Assembly: GCA_023441055.1 (NCBI GenBank)
Contig: JAEZQY010000018.1
Location: forward strand, 8,164 to 72,163
Length of the DNA stretch: 64,000 nucleotides
Source of the DNA: Bacillota bacterium
GTDB taxonomy: Bacteria; Bacillota; Bacilli; Paenibacillales; UBA4045
Direction of reading: 5' to 3'
Shown here one piece after another: positions 1 to 9,447 of this stretch (the first letter of the stretch is position 1; the number at the start of each line of letters is the position of its first letter). Below the pieces are notes generated by a model. It searched no databases. It had not been told where the DNA came from and saw only the letters and a program-made list of their open reading frames with translations. The translations under genes were made by a program, and so were the position numbers.

Positions 1-26
1 AATTAACCCCGTAAGGTGAATGTAAC

Positions 27-470
27 TTGAAGATAAGATTAGGAACTAAGGATGACTGGGCGATTTTAGCGGATATATGGCTTAGGGTATCATTAAAGGC
101 GCACGATTTCGTAGATGCTTCATACTGGATGTCGAGGAGAGACGAACTGGAAGTGAAATATCTCCCTCTATCACAGACGTATGTATGTATAGATGATGAA
201 GAGATCATTGGTTTTATTTCAATGGTTGATGATTATTTGGCTGCTTTATTCATTGATGAAGCTTATCAAGGTAAAGGATATGGCGCTGCTCTGGTAGAGT
301 ACGTCAAGCGAAATAGAAGGTCTATTATGTTAAAGGTCTTTATGAATAATAAGTCGGCCTATCAATTTTACTTGAAGCAGGGATTTATTGTTGAACAGGA
401 GTTAGTCGATCAGGAGACGAATGAGGGCGAGTATGTGATGGTTTGGAACCGGATGGAGTGGATAAAATAA
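27..470 (+). CDS. GNAT family N-acetyltransferase
   Basis: 147-aa ORF. The acetyl-CoA binding motif region is 'FIDEAYQGKGYGAALVEYV', followed by 'AYQFYLKQGF', which is typical of the GNAT fold. The start is TTG. Confidence 0.85.
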   Translation: MKIRLGTKDDWAILADIWLRVSLKAHDFVDASYWMSRRDELEVKYLPLSQTYVCIDDEEIIGFISMVDDYLAALFIDEAYQGKGYGAALVEYVKRNRRSIMLKVFMNNKSAYQFYLKQGFIVEQELVDQETNEGEYVMVWNRMEWIK

Positions 471-598
471 AGCTTCTGATCTTACTCTTACCCGTCTGCA
501 TACAGAATAGTACAAATGGTTAAAGTAAAGCATGGTTCTATTGATAACTAAGCTGAGAATTGGCATGGAGAACGCAGACGAAAAACAGGAGTTGATGA

Positions 599-847
599 AT
601 GTTGTCAGAAAATAAAGAAATGAGCCCGGTCTCCGGTGAAATAGTGGAGGATGATGGGGTATATTCAAATGAATGGGGTCGGGAAGAGCTATTGAAGCGT
701 GGAGATCGATTTCCTAGTGATCTGATGATGGGGAACACAACTTGGGAACTAACTGAGCTCCCTTCTGAAGAACAGCAAGAAAAATTAGATGATCCCAGCA
801 AGGATAAAAGAGATAAACATCTCCACATCAGGAGAGACGCTAAATAG
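599..847 (+). CDS. hypothetical small acidic protein
   Basis: 82-aa ORF with no recognisable domain. The start is ambiguous (alternative ATG near 621). It is followed by a hairpin. Confidence 0.3.
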   Translation: MLSENKEMSPVSGEIVEDDGVYSNEWGREELLKRGDRFPSDLMMGNTTWELTELPSEEQQEKLDDPSKDKRDKHLHIRRDAK

Positions 848-896
848 TAGTACAGAATTTACAGGGTTTTCAACAGTGGAGCCTCGCCTCCACCAT

Positions 897-926
897 GGGG
901 CTATCATCCGGCTAGGATGGTAGCCC
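897..926. terminator. stem-loop between convergent genes
   Basis: 'ggggctatcatcc' / 'ggatggtagccc' form an imperfect inverted repeat between the 599..847 ORF (+) and the HxlR gene (-). Confidence 0.4.
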
Positions 927-953
927 TAAGTATATGTTTTACGTGTGAAGTCC

Positions 954-1277
954 TCATCGTTCTACTTCTAACCAGGTTTGCGACCATTGTTCAATATCTC
1001 TGATGATCGGTTCGAAAGCTAAACCTTTATTCGTTAACGAATATTCAATTCGTACAGGTGTCTCCGGATAAATTTCCCGCTTCACAATACCTTCGTTTTC
1101 TAAATCCTTTAACCTCTCCGAGAGGACCTTTCCACTTATTCCAATTGCTGATTCAATATTGCAAAACCGCTGTGGCCCGGACAATAGCTGATAAATGATC
1201 ATACCGGTCCATCGTTGGCCTATTAATTGCATGGCTCTTTCAAATCTTGGGCAAATTAAGTGTTCCAAACGAATCAC
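954..1277 (-). CDS. HxlR family transcriptional regulator
   Basis: 107 aa. 'CPRFERAMQLIGQRWTGMIIYQL...RFCNIESAI..ISGKVLSERLKDLENEGIVKREIYPETPVRIEYSLTNKG' is the canonical HxlR winged helix. Confidence 0.9.
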   Translation of the reverse strand: MIRLEHLICPRFERAMQLIGQRWTGMIIYQLLSGPQRFCNIESAIGISGKVLSERLKDLENEGIVKREIYPETPVRIEYSLTNKGLAFEPIIRDIEQWSQTWLEVER

Positions 1278-1334
1278 TCCTTCCTCTTTTCATAGTATAT
1301 CACACTCAATAAGTAAACTCATTACTTTCCAGCA

Positions 1335-1372
1335 ATAACTAACTTGACATTAGTAAGTTATGAAAATATAAT
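1335..1372 (+). promoter_or_regulatory. sigmaA-type promoter with overlapping inverted repeat (candidate HxlR operator)
   Basis: TTGACA (1344..1349), a 17-nt spacer and TATAAT (1367..1372). The -35 box is bracketed by 'ataactaact' (1335..1344) and 'agtaagttat' (1352..1361), a 9/10 inverted repeat. Confidence 0.55.
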
Positions 1373-1462
1373 TACTTACGTAAAGTTACTAACTGATAAA
1401 TCGATATTAAGTCAGATCTAGTCGGTTAGAAACAACCATCATGAAGAAGGAGTGCAAGGGAT

Positions 1463-1882
1463 ATGATAAGCAAAGAGGAATGGGGTTCGTTACTGTTAAG
1501 AGTATTTCTCGGGATCACATTCTTGGTACACGGTATTGACAAATTTCAAGGCGGCATTTCGAATACGGCTGGCTTTTTTGAAAGCTTGGGTCTTCCAGGC
1601 TTCTCGGCTTACATTGTTGCCTTAATTGAGCTTATAGGCGGTATCGCTTTGATATTGGGGCTTGGAACAAGGGTTGTGGCTGGTTTGTTGGTTATTATTC
1701 TGGCTGTGGCGACAATGAAGGTGAAACTCGCGGTCGGATTCCTTGGGAACGGGCAAATGGCGGGTTATGAACTTGATCTAGCTCTATTAGTGATAGCTGT
1801 TTATCTCGCATTGAAGGGCAGAACCTTGTGGGCTGTAGATAATATCCTGTTCCGTCCAAAGCATGATAATAAGGGAATGTAA
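1463..1882 (+). CDS. DoxX family membrane protein
   Basis: 139 aa with four hydrophobic segments. 'LLLRVFLGITFLVHGIDKF' matches the DoxX N-terminal signature. Confidence 0.85.
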   Translation: MISKEEWGSLLLRVFLGITFLVHGIDKFQGGISNTAGFFESLGLPGFSAYIVALIELIGGIALILGLGTRVVAGLLVIILAVATMKVKLAVGFLGNGQMAGYELDLALLVIAVYLALKGRTLWAVDNILFRPKHDNKGM

Positions 1883-2919
1883 TGGAGATCGGTATCTATA
1901 CCTTGGCAGACATAGGTCCAGATCCTCACACCGGAACAACGGTGAGTGCACAGCAACGAATAATGGCGATTATTGAAGCGGCCAAACTCGCTGATGAAGC
2001 TGGACTTGATGTCTTTGGGGTGGGTGAACACCATCGGTTGGATTACGCTGTATCCGCGACACCAGTGGTATTAGCAGCTATTAGCCAGAATACCAAACGA
2101 ATCAAACTGACAAGCGCAACCACAGTGTTAAGCACAGTCGATCCCGTTCGCCTGTTTGAGGACTTTGCCACATTGGATCTGCTCTCGGATGGGCGCGCAG
2201 AAATCATCGCGGGTCGAGGGGCGTTCGTGGAGTCGTACCCTCTATTTGGTTACGACACCCAAAATTATGACGAGTTGTTCGCGGAACATCTGGACTTATT
2301 CTTAACCCTTAGCAAGAAGGAAAAGATTACATGGAGCGGTCAATTTCGCTCTCCGCTGAGGAACGTTGAAGTGTCCCCACGCCCTGTACAGCAGCAGTTA
2401 CCCCTATGGGTTGGTGTTGGGGGCACGCTGGAAAGCGCAGCCCGTGCAGGACGTCTAGGTGTTGGGATGGCTATCGCGATGTTAGGCGGCGATCCGAAAC
2501 GGTTCATGCCTCTGGTGGAAGCATACCGTCATGCAGGTATTAAGGCGGGGCATGAACGGCAAGACCTCAAATTAGGTGTTACGGGTCATGGGTACATCTC
2601 CAGGACCACTCAACAAGCCAAGGATGAATACTATCCGTATTATTCAAATTATTGGTCATATGTAAATCGGCAGCGAGGGATGGCATTCAAGATGACACGT
2701 GCTGATTTTGAATATATGTCGGGACCGGACACGGCTTTGTTCGTAGGCAGTCCGCAACAGATCGTAGAGAAGATCCTTCGTCAATATGAGCTGTTCGGGC
2801 ATCAGCGTTTCATTGTTCAGATTGACATCGGCGGTTTACCGTTCGATAAAGTTGCTGAAGGCATTGAGCTGATAGCGACAGAGGTAGCGCCAATCGTTCG
2901 GAAAGCAACGAGTAAGTAA
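1882..2919 (+). CDS. LLM-class (luciferase-like) flavin-dependent oxidoreductase
   Basis: 345 aa with 'GLDVFGVGEHH', 'DLLSDGRAEIIAGRG' and 'FGHQRFIVQIDIGGLP'. The start overlaps the DoxX stop (TAATG). It is a paralogue of 24623..25678. Confidence 0.9.
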   Translation: MEIGIYTLADIGPDPHTGTTVSAQQRIMAIIEAAKLADEAGLDVFGVGEHHRLDYAVSATPVVLAAISQNTKRIKLTSATTVLSTVDPVRLFEDFATLDLLSDGRAEIIAGRGAFVESYPLFGYDTQNYDELFAEHLDLFLTLSKKEKITWSGQFRSPLRNVEVSPRPVQQQLPLWVGVGGTLESAARAGRLGVGMAIAMLGGDPKRFMPLVEAYRHAGIKAGHERQDLKLGVTGHGYISRTTQQAKDEYYPYYSNYWSYVNRQRGMAFKMTRADFEYMSGPDTALFVGSPQQIVEKILRQYELFGHQRFIVQIDIGGLPFDKVAEGIELIATEVAPIVRKATSK

Positions 2920-2997
2920 GTTCATTTAATAAAGGCGGTGCGATTTATGGGTTTACTAGACAAACTATTCGGCAGAACAGTCAAGGAGGAAAAGACA

Positions 2998-3540
2998 ATG
3001 ACAAAACTAAATATCGGTATTATTTTAGGAAGCACACGTGAAGGACGAGTTAGCCCGCAAGTAGGAGAATGGGTGAAAAAAATAGCTGACCTGCGCGAGG
3101 ACGCTAATTATGAGATTGTAGATATTGCTGATTTTAAATTACCATTCTTAGGCACGACCGATGGCTCAGAGCCGGGAATCGCTGCTTGGAATCAAAAGCT
3201 GGCAGAATTAGATGGTTTTGTATTCATTGTTCAAGAATACAACCACAGCATTACAGGCGCTTTGAAGAATGCACTGGATTTCGCACGAGAAGTATGGAAT
3301 AACAAGGCGGCTGGGATCGTAAGCTATGGCTCTACAGGTGGTGCTCGCGCTGCTGAGCATCTGCGGGGGATCATGGGTGAATTGTTGATTGCAGATGTTC
3401 GTGTTCATCCGACATTGTCCTTGTTCACAGACTTTGAAGACGGTGCTATCTTCAAACCGCAGGATCTGCATCAGAATAATGTGAATGAAATGCTTGATCA
3501 AGTTATAGCGTGGAGCGGCGCGTTAAAGACATTAAGATAA
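2998..3540 (+). CDS. NADPH-dependent FMN reductase
   Basis: 'LNIGIILGSTREGRVS' and 'FVFIVQEYNHSITGALKNALD' are FMN_red family motifs. I chose the ATG at 2998, behind the AAGGAGG site, rather than the track start at 2938. Confidence 0.85.
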   Translation: MTKLNIGIILGSTREGRVSPQVGEWVKKIADLREDANYEIVDIADFKLPFLGTTDGSEPGIAAWNQKLAELDGFVFIVQEYNHSITGALKNALDFAREVWNNKAAGIVSYGSTGGARAAEHLRGIMGELLIADVRVHPTLSLFTDFEDGAIFKPQDLHQNNVNEMLDQVIAWSGALKTLR

Positions 3541-3558
3541 TAAACGAACTGCATCCCA

Positions 3559-3588
3559 CCCCTGACCAGCTCGCGGTCAGGGGTTTTC
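3559..3588 (+). terminator. rho-independent terminator
   Basis: 'cccctgacc'-loop-'ggtcagggg' followed by TTTT, immediately after the FMN reductase stop. Confidence 0.7.
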
Positions 3589-3677
3589 TACGCGAGCAAA
3601 GACTGCTGTCCTTATTTGTGGTAATATATTAAAATTTAGGATATGATTGTGCTAGTTCGAAGTATGTTGATGAAGGG

Positions 3678-4949
3678 TTGAATATTTTGAATGTTGTGAA
3701 GGAATTGTTACTTCAGCAATTTTTCGCCCTGATGCCGTTTGTCATGTATAACATCTATTATCGGGATAAGATGCAGAATTACGATCGAAAATTTATCATC
3801 ATCACCAGCGTAATTTGTCTGTTCCTTTCAATGACTTTTGGGACAGGTATCATTACTGGTTTCTTCTATGATAGCAGATTTGTTATCCTATTTTTCGGAC
3901 TCATTTTTGGTGGATTGCAGACTGGATTTATTCTTCTCTTTGAATTCGTACTTTACCGTATTTATTTAGGTGGAGATGGAACATGGCCCTCGATGATAAC
4001 GATGTCTATTGCGTTTCCATTGTCTATTCTTCTATATAAATTGTATCTGAATGTCCAACGGAAATCGCTGATTATTCTCATGGCCGGCTTTATTATCTCC
4101 ATCATCCCATTAGCTACCATATATATTCGTAATCCCGTGGACGTTACATCACATCTTGTGTTTCATACTTTTGCGATTCCTATTCAAAATGCTATTGGCA
4201 TTTGGATGCTAGTTCCTCTATTTCAAAGGGCGGTTTCGAATAAGGAGTTATTTATTATCTATGCCAAAAACGAAAAAATGGAAGCGATCAGTCATGTTGC
4301 GGCTTCGCTAGTTCATGAAGTGCGAAATCCGTTAACAACGGTGAAAGGCTTTCTGCAATTGATCCGTAAAAACCCAATGGAAAGGAATAAAGTAGAGGGC
4401 TATATCGACATATGTACGGAGGAGATTCAGCGCACAGAAAGCATACTTTCCGAATATCTATCCATATCAAAACCGAACGCTGAAAAGCAGGAAACAGTTG
4501 ATTTATACAATCAAATGCAAGCCGTCATAGAAGTGATGAAGCCTTATGCGAATATGTACAGTGTCGAATTGGTTATGAATAAAGCAATGGGGCCGATTCA
4601 TATTCTGGCGAATCAGGATAAAATGAAGCAGTTCCTTGTTAATTTTATTAAAAATGCGATCGAAGCTTGCTCCAATGTTCCTAGTGGCGAGGTAAGCCTT
4701 CGACTTGAAGTCTGTGCTGGGAAGGCTCTACTTACGATAAAAGACAACGGGGTCGGGATGAGTCAGGAACAAGTCAAACGCTTGGGATCGATCTATTTCT
4801 CGACAAAAACAAATGGCACGGGATTAGGACTAACATTCTCTTACCAGGTCATTCACGAATTAGGTGGATCGGTATCTGTACATAGCATTCCACAGGTTGG
4901 AACCCAATTTACCATCAAATTACCAATCCTTAAGAGGAATACATGTTGA
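3678..4949 (+). CDS. orphan membrane sensor histidine kinase (sporulation-kinase-like)
   Basis: About 200 aa of polytopic N-terminus. The H-box is 'SLVHEVRNPLTTVKGFLQL', and HATPase motifs include 'NAIEA', 'DNGVGM' and 'GTGLGL'. No response regulator is adjacent. Confidence 0.8.
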   Translation: MNILNVVKELLLQQFFALMPFVMYNIYYRDKMQNYDRKFIIITSVICLFLSMTFGTGIITGFFYDSRFVILFFGLIFGGLQTGFILLFEFVLYRIYLGGDGTWPSMITMSIAFPLSILLYKLYLNVQRKSLIILMAGFIISIIPLATIYIRNPVDVTSHLVFHTFAIPIQNAIGIWMLVPLFQRAVSNKELFIIYAKNEKMEAISHVAASLVHEVRNPLTTVKGFLQLIRKNPMERNKVEGYIDICTEEIQRTESILSEYLSISKPNAEKQETVDLYNQMQAVIEVMKPYANMYSVELVMNKAMGPIHILANQDKMKQFLVNFIKNAIEACSNVPSGEVSLRLEVCAGKALLTIKDNGVGMSQEQVKRLGSIYFSTKTNGTGLGLTFSYQVIHELGGSVSVHSIPQVGTQFTIKLPILKRNTC

Positions 4950-5002
4950 CACTAGCCGTAACAAAAGCTATATATTAGTGTACTCTAAAAGAGGGATTTG
5001 CA

Positions 5003-5125
5003 GTGAAAACGAAACAGCGCATCTTACATACTACTGTCCAACTGTTCAATGAATCCGGGACGGGGAAAACTTCGACAAATCACATCGCGCCCATTCACTC
5101 GGGATCAGCTGATCATCGGTGGTGA
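5003..5125 (+). pseudogene. TetR-family regulator N-terminal remnant
   Basis: The GTG-initiated frame reads 'VKTKQRILHTTVQLFNESGTGKTSTNHIA', a TetR HTH helix 1-3 pattern. It then diverges and stops after 40 codons, and runs into the next gene. Confidence 0.5.
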
Positions 5126-5166
5126 TAGGATTAACCATGGGCACATATGGAATAAGGAGTGATCTT

Positions 5167-7344
5167 ATGCGTAAACAATGGACAGCAGCATGGATTCAAG
5201 ATCCGCAGTTCGCGAGTCAGAAGCCTCTTAGTATGTTGCATAAGGAGCTTGAACCGGTCAAGCATGAACATCCGGAGTATTTGCGAAATCGACATCATCT
5301 TTTCCGTAAGACCTTCGAGCTCTCAGAGCTGCCCAATCAAGCACTACTTGAGCTGACGGCAGATGATTATTACAAGCTCTATATCAATGGTTCATTCGTA
5401 TCGCAAGGACCTGCACAAGGCTATCCGTATCATTATTACTATAATCGGCTGGATATTCGATCCTATCTGCAGGAAGGGCTGAATGTTCTAGCTGTTCATG
5501 TCTATTATCATGGGTCCGTGAATCGGTCCTATAACAGCGGGGATTTACGGCAGGGGCTCATTGCAGAGCTTAAGTGGGACGATTGTGTTCAAATCCGAAC
5601 CGATCATTCCTGGCGAGCAGTGGAAACCAAAGCCTACGGGCAAGGAGCGGCGATCGGTTACGAGACGCAGTATCTAGAAATGATAGACAGCCGGCTTGCG
5701 CACAAGGGCTGGACGCTGCCGGATTACGATGATACCCAGTGGGAATGGGCTGTGCCTCGGCAAACTATCGATTATACATTCGCTCTCCAGCCCACGCCCC
5801 CTTTGAGCGTCTATGAGGTTCAGCCAGCCAGCGTTCGGAGGCTGTCTTCCGGACATTATCTCATTGATTTCGGAACGGAGCTGACAGGACAATTCACCAT
5901 GCAAGCAAGCGGACGCGCAGGGCAGCAAATTGAGATCCTATGCGGCGAGGAATTGCATCCGAACGGTTTAAACGTGAGGTATGAGATGCGGTGTAACTGC
6001 ACCTATAAGGAATTGTGGACCTTGTCGGGAGAGGCAGGCGAGTCGCCTGATTTTTATGATTATAAAGCGTTTCGTTATGTCGAAGTAATAGGACCCGATG
6101 ACGCGATTCTACCAGAACGCTTTGGAGCGATTGTACGCCATTATCCGATGGATCAAGATCAATGTCAATTTCAGAGCAGTGACACCATATTGAATCAGAT
6201 ATGGGAGATATGCAAGAGCGGCGTTCAATACGGCTCGCAAGAGAATTATGTCGATTGTCCGTCGCGTGAGAAAGGTCAGTATTTGGGTGATAACACCGTG
6301 ATCGGTCATTCGCATTTGTATCTTAGCGGAGATGTACGACTATTCAAGAAAGCCATAGCGGATTTCGCTTTGAGTGCTAGAGCTTGTCCGGGCTTGCTTG
6401 CGGTTGCTCCCGGGAATTTCATGCAGGAGATCGCCGATTTCTCGCTGCAGTGGCCGATGCAGCTCTGGCAATACTATACGTACAGCGGAGACTTGGACTT
6501 TCTGCGCCGTATGGCGCCTATTGCCGAGGGGATACTCGCGTATTTCCAAAGGTATGAAAATGAACATGGGCTGCTGGAGCATGTTATGGAGAAGTGGAAC
6601 CTCGTGGATTGGCCGGATAACCTGAGAGACGGCTATGATTTTCCGCTGACTAGACCGGTTGGAGAAGGCTGCCACAATGTGATCAATGCCTGGTATTATG
6701 GCTGCCTAGAAACGGTAAATCAGATAAGGGAGACCCTTGGGCAAGCCCCTGCAGACCTCTCTCTTGTGAGGGCAGCATTTTTAGATGCATTCTATAATGA
6801 GGCTGCGAAGCTGTTCGTAGATGCTGTGGGCTCCAGCCACTCGGCATTGCATGCGAATGTCCTGCCGCTATTGTTCGGGCTTGCACCGAAGGAATCTATC
6901 CCAGAAATTGTGAGCATGATTCGCAAGAAACGGCTTAGCTGCGGTGTGTACTTTGCCTATTTTGTGCTCAAAGCACTGGCTAAGGTGAAGGAGCATGGGC
7001 TTATCTATGAGCTTATTCGCTGTGAGGATGAGCGTTCATGGGTGAACATGCTACGCGAGGGCGCGACAACCTGTTTCGAGGCTTGGGGGAAGGATCAGAA
7101 GTGGAATACCAGCCTGTGCCATCCATGGGCAAGCGCGCCGATTCCGTTATTGGTTGAGGAGATCATCGGGCTGAAGCCGGGCGAGCCAGGGTGGAAGAAG
7201 ATCATATTTAAGCCCCGCATACCTGAGGGTCTCAGTTCTATGCACTTCGAAATGAATGTGCCTACCGGACGAATAAAAGTGAAGGTTGAAGCGGGTATAT
7301 GCACGATTGAAGCACCTGAGGGTGTGGTTGTTGTCAGAGAATAA
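5167..7344 (+). CDS. GH78-like alpha-L-rhamnosidase family protein
   Basis: About 725 aa. The N-terminus 'WTAAWIQDP' and 'ADDYYKLYINGSFVSQGP...YYHGSVNRSYNSGD' match the rhamnosidase N-domain, and the C-terminal (alpha/alpha)6 region includes 'DCPSREKGQYLGD'. Start chosen at the ATG at 5167, behind AAGGAG. Confidence 0.75.
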   Translation: MRKQWTAAWIQDPQFASQKPLSMLHKELEPVKHEHPEYLRNRHHLFRKTFELSELPNQALLELTADDYYKLYINGSFVSQGPAQGYPYHYYYNRLDIRSYLQEGLNVLAVHVYYHGSVNRSYNSGDLRQGLIAELKWDDCVQIRTDHSWRAVETKAYGQGAAIGYETQYLEMIDSRLAHKGWTLPDYDDTQWEWAVPRQTIDYTFALQPTPPLSVYEVQPASVRRLSSGHYLIDFGTELTGQFTMQASGRAGQQIEILCGEELHPNGLNVRYEMRCNCTYKELWTLSGEAGESPDFYDYKAFRYVEVIGPDDAILPERFGAIVRHYPMDQDQCQFQSSDTILNQIWEICKSGVQYGSQENYVDCPSREKGQYLGDNTVIGHSHLYLSGDVRLFKKAIADFALSARACPGLLAVAPGNFMQEIADFSLQWPMQLWQYYTYSGDLDFLRRMAPIAEGILAYFQRYENEHGLLEHVMEKWNLVDWPDNLRDGYDFPLTRPVGEGCHNVINAWYYGCLETVNQIRETLGQAPADLSLVRAAFLDAFYNEAAKLFVDAVGSSHSALHANVLPLLFGLAPKESIPEIVSMIRKKRLSCGVYFAYFVLKALAKVKEHGLIYELIRCEDERSWVNMLREGATTCFEAWGKDQKWNTSLCHPWASAPIPLLVEEIIGLKPGEPGWKKIIFKPRIPEGLSSMHFEMNVPTGRIKVKVEAGICTIEAPEGVVVVRE

Positions 7345-7411
7345 TGGGATGGACCAATGCATCGTAAGATTGGACGCGTCCTTGGTTAATCTCTTCGCCT
7401 CCACCAATACC

Positions 7412-7447
7412 ATGTGAAACCCGACCGCGTGAGGTCGGGTTTCACAT
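7412..7447. terminator. bidirectional stem-loop between convergent genes
   Basis: 'atgtgaaacccgacc' / 'ggtcgggtttcacat' form a perfect 15-bp stem. There is no strong T-tract. Confidence 0.5.
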
Positions 7448-7498
7448 GCGAGGAAATGATTCTGGTAGCGTAACTATCGGAAAGCGGCAATTATACTA

Positions 7499-8149
7499 TT
7501 ATGTTCCCTGGAAATTCGGATTTTTGTGTAGGGACAGGCTGAAGATACCTTGCTTTACCCAACTGCCAATTTGGACTGTACGTTGTGCTTGATATTTGAC
7601 TGCCTCTTGCACGTCTTCTACCATATTGCCATTATGATCGACAGTAACACTTGTTCCATATGGGTTTCCTCCTGCGGCAAATAGTTTAGGATCTGTGTAT
7701 CCAGGTGCGGCAATGATCGCTCCCCAATGGAACATTGAGGTGTATAGGGATAAGATTGTGGCTTCTTGCCCGCCGTGTGGATTTTGTGCCGATGCCATAG
7801 CACTTACAACCTTATTTGATGTCTTGCCTTGAAACCATAGGCCTCCTGTGGTATCGAGAAATTGTTGCATCTGGGATGGTATATTGCCAAATCTTGTAGG
7901 AGTGCTGAAGATGATCGCATCGGCCCATTCAATATCTCGCAATGTAACCTCAGGTACGTTCCGAGTCAACTCTAAAAAAGCCTTCCAAGATGGTTTTTGT
8001 TCAATTACTGCTTGTGGTGCAGTTTCCGGAACCTTTAATAATCTAACATCTGCACCAACAGCTTGTGCGCCTACAGATGCCCACTTGGCTAATTGATAAT
8101 TCGTTCCGTTTGCACTGTAGTAAATAATAGCTGTTCTAATTTTTTTCAC
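7499..8149 (-). CDS. wrbA: NAD(P)H:quinone oxidoreductase, type IV (WrbA-like flavodoxin fold)
   Basis: 'IIYYSANGTNYQLAKW', 'DAIIFSTPTRFGN' and 'GGQEATILSLYTSMFHWGAII' match the WrbA family pattern. Confidence 0.8.
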   Translation of the reverse strand: MKKIRTAIIYYSANGTNYQLAKWASVGAQAVGADVRLLKVPETAPQAVIEQKPSWKAFLELTRNVPEVTLRDIEWADAIIFSTPTRFGNIPSQMQQFLDTTGGLWFQGKTSNKVVSAMASAQNPHGGQEATILSLYTSMFHWGAIIAAPGYTDPKLFAAGGNPYGTSVTVDHNGNMVEDVQEAVKYQAQRTVQIGSWVKQGIFSLSLHKNPNFQGT

Positions 8150-8264
8150 ACCAAACTCCTCCTAGAATAGATTCTTTATACTTACTTTGGATTATTATAG
8201 GTGATATAATAAGATGTAAAAAGTACGCACATTAAAGTGGTGTGGTATGTGAAATGATACTATT

Positions 8265-8621
8265 ATGCGGGGATTGGTGTTAATGGGGAAAACCAATAAT
8301 CGATGTATAGGTGCATATTCTGCCTTAGAAATTGTAAGCGGTAAATGGAAGCCTAAGGTTTTATTTCAACTGTCACAAAACGAGTCTTTACGCTTTAATG
8401 AATTGAGAAAAGTTATCCCCGAAGTAACTCAAAAGATGCTGACTTCTCATTTGAGAGAACTTGAACGCAATAATATTGTACATCGTAAAATATATGCTGA
8501 AGTACCGCCAAGGGTTGAGTACTCACTTACGGAGTATGGGCGAAGTATCCTACCGATATTGGACTCTCTTCAAGAATGGGGGATGAAGCATCTGGAACAA
8601 TTGGATGAGAAAACAACCTAG
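8265..8621 (+). CDS. HxlR family transcriptional regulator
   Basis: 'ALEIVSGKWKPKVLFQL...LRFNELRKVIPEVTQKMLTSHLRELERNNIVHRKIYAEVPPRVEYSLTEYG'. It is divergent from wrbA. The start could instead be the ATG at 8283. Confidence 0.9.
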   Translation: MRGLVLMGKTNNRCIGAYSALEIVSGKWKPKVLFQLSQNESLRFNELRKVIPEVTQKMLTSHLRELERNNIVHRKIYAEVPPRVEYSLTEYGRSILPILDSLQEWGMKHLEQLDEKTT

Positions 8622-8713
8622 TCGAGGGAAGATAACAAGGGCGGTAAGAGAAATGTGACGAATACTCGATATAAGAATATAGGTTCAAGTCATAAACACA
8701 ACGGTGATAACAG

Positions 8714-9436
8714 TTGATCCATGATAATAGGAATGCTCAACAGGCTCAGTCACTGCCTGATTATGCTCGCCGAGTGATTGCAAAAATTCGTGACTATTAT
8801 GGGTCGCGCGGGGATATGGTGTGGGAGGTGCAGACGGATGAACCCATGATTGCACTCACATTCGACGATGGCCCAGACCCCGTTCAAACGTTGAAGGTAT
8901 TAGATGTACTATCTGCTTATCAAGCCAAAGCAACGTTTTTCGTGGTAGGGGAACAGGCAGATCTCTATCCGGAAGTATTACGGAGAACAGCGGAGCAAGG
9001 CCACGAACTTGCCAATCACACGTATACGCATCTGCCCATCAGTGGTGGGTACTTGTCGACAAGTGTGCTAGAAGACGAGATCGTGAGGACCGAGCAAGCG
9101 ATAAGGATGGCCACTGGAGAGCGCCCGCGATTATTCCGCCCGCCAGGGGGCTATTGCGATGTTCAGGCAGTGAGAACGATCATTGATCATAACTATAAGA
9201 TAATCTTGTGGTCTCACCATCAGGATCCCGAAGATTGGAAGAAGCCTGGTGTGGGTAAGATTGTGAATAAAGTGCTAGAACATGCACGTAACGGGGATAT
9301 CATCCTGCTCCATGATCGAGGTGAAGGTGCTGATCAGACTGTGGAGGCGCTCGAGCACATATTGCCTGCATTAGCAGAGCGAGGCTTTCGCTTTGTTACT
9401 GTGTCTGAGCTTCTGCAGCATCAACGATACATTTGA
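8714..9436 (+). CDS. polysaccharide deacetylase (CE4 / NodB homology domain)
   Basis: 'ALTFDDGPDP', 'ATFFVVG', 'HELANHTYTH' and 'LFRPPGG' are CE4 catalytic motifs. Confidence 0.85.
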   Translation: MIHDNRNAQQAQSLPDYARRVIAKIRDYYGSRGDMVWEVQTDEPMIALTFDDGPDPVQTLKVLDVLSAYQAKATFFVVGEQADLYPEVLRRTAEQGHELANHTYTHLPISGGYLSTSVLEDEIVRTEQAIRMATGERPRLFRPPGGYCDVQAVRTIIDHNYKIILWSHHQDPEDWKKPGVGKIVNKVLEHARNGDIILLHDRGEGADQTVEALEHILPALAERGFRFVTVSELLQHQRYI

Positions 9437-9447
9437 ATGCTCTGGCC

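Noticed and set aside
538-828. 96-aa and 88-aa minus-strand ORFs opposite the 599..847 ORF.
   Set aside because: They have serine- and leucine-rich low-complexity translations and no RBS. Even the plus-strand ORF is only weakly supported, so none of the antisense calls is reported.
4864-5052. 62-aa ORF overlapping the kinase 3' end and the intergenic region.
   Set aside because: It is an alternative frame of the kinase C-terminus. The only coding signal in the gap is the TetR-like stub in another frame (5003..5125).
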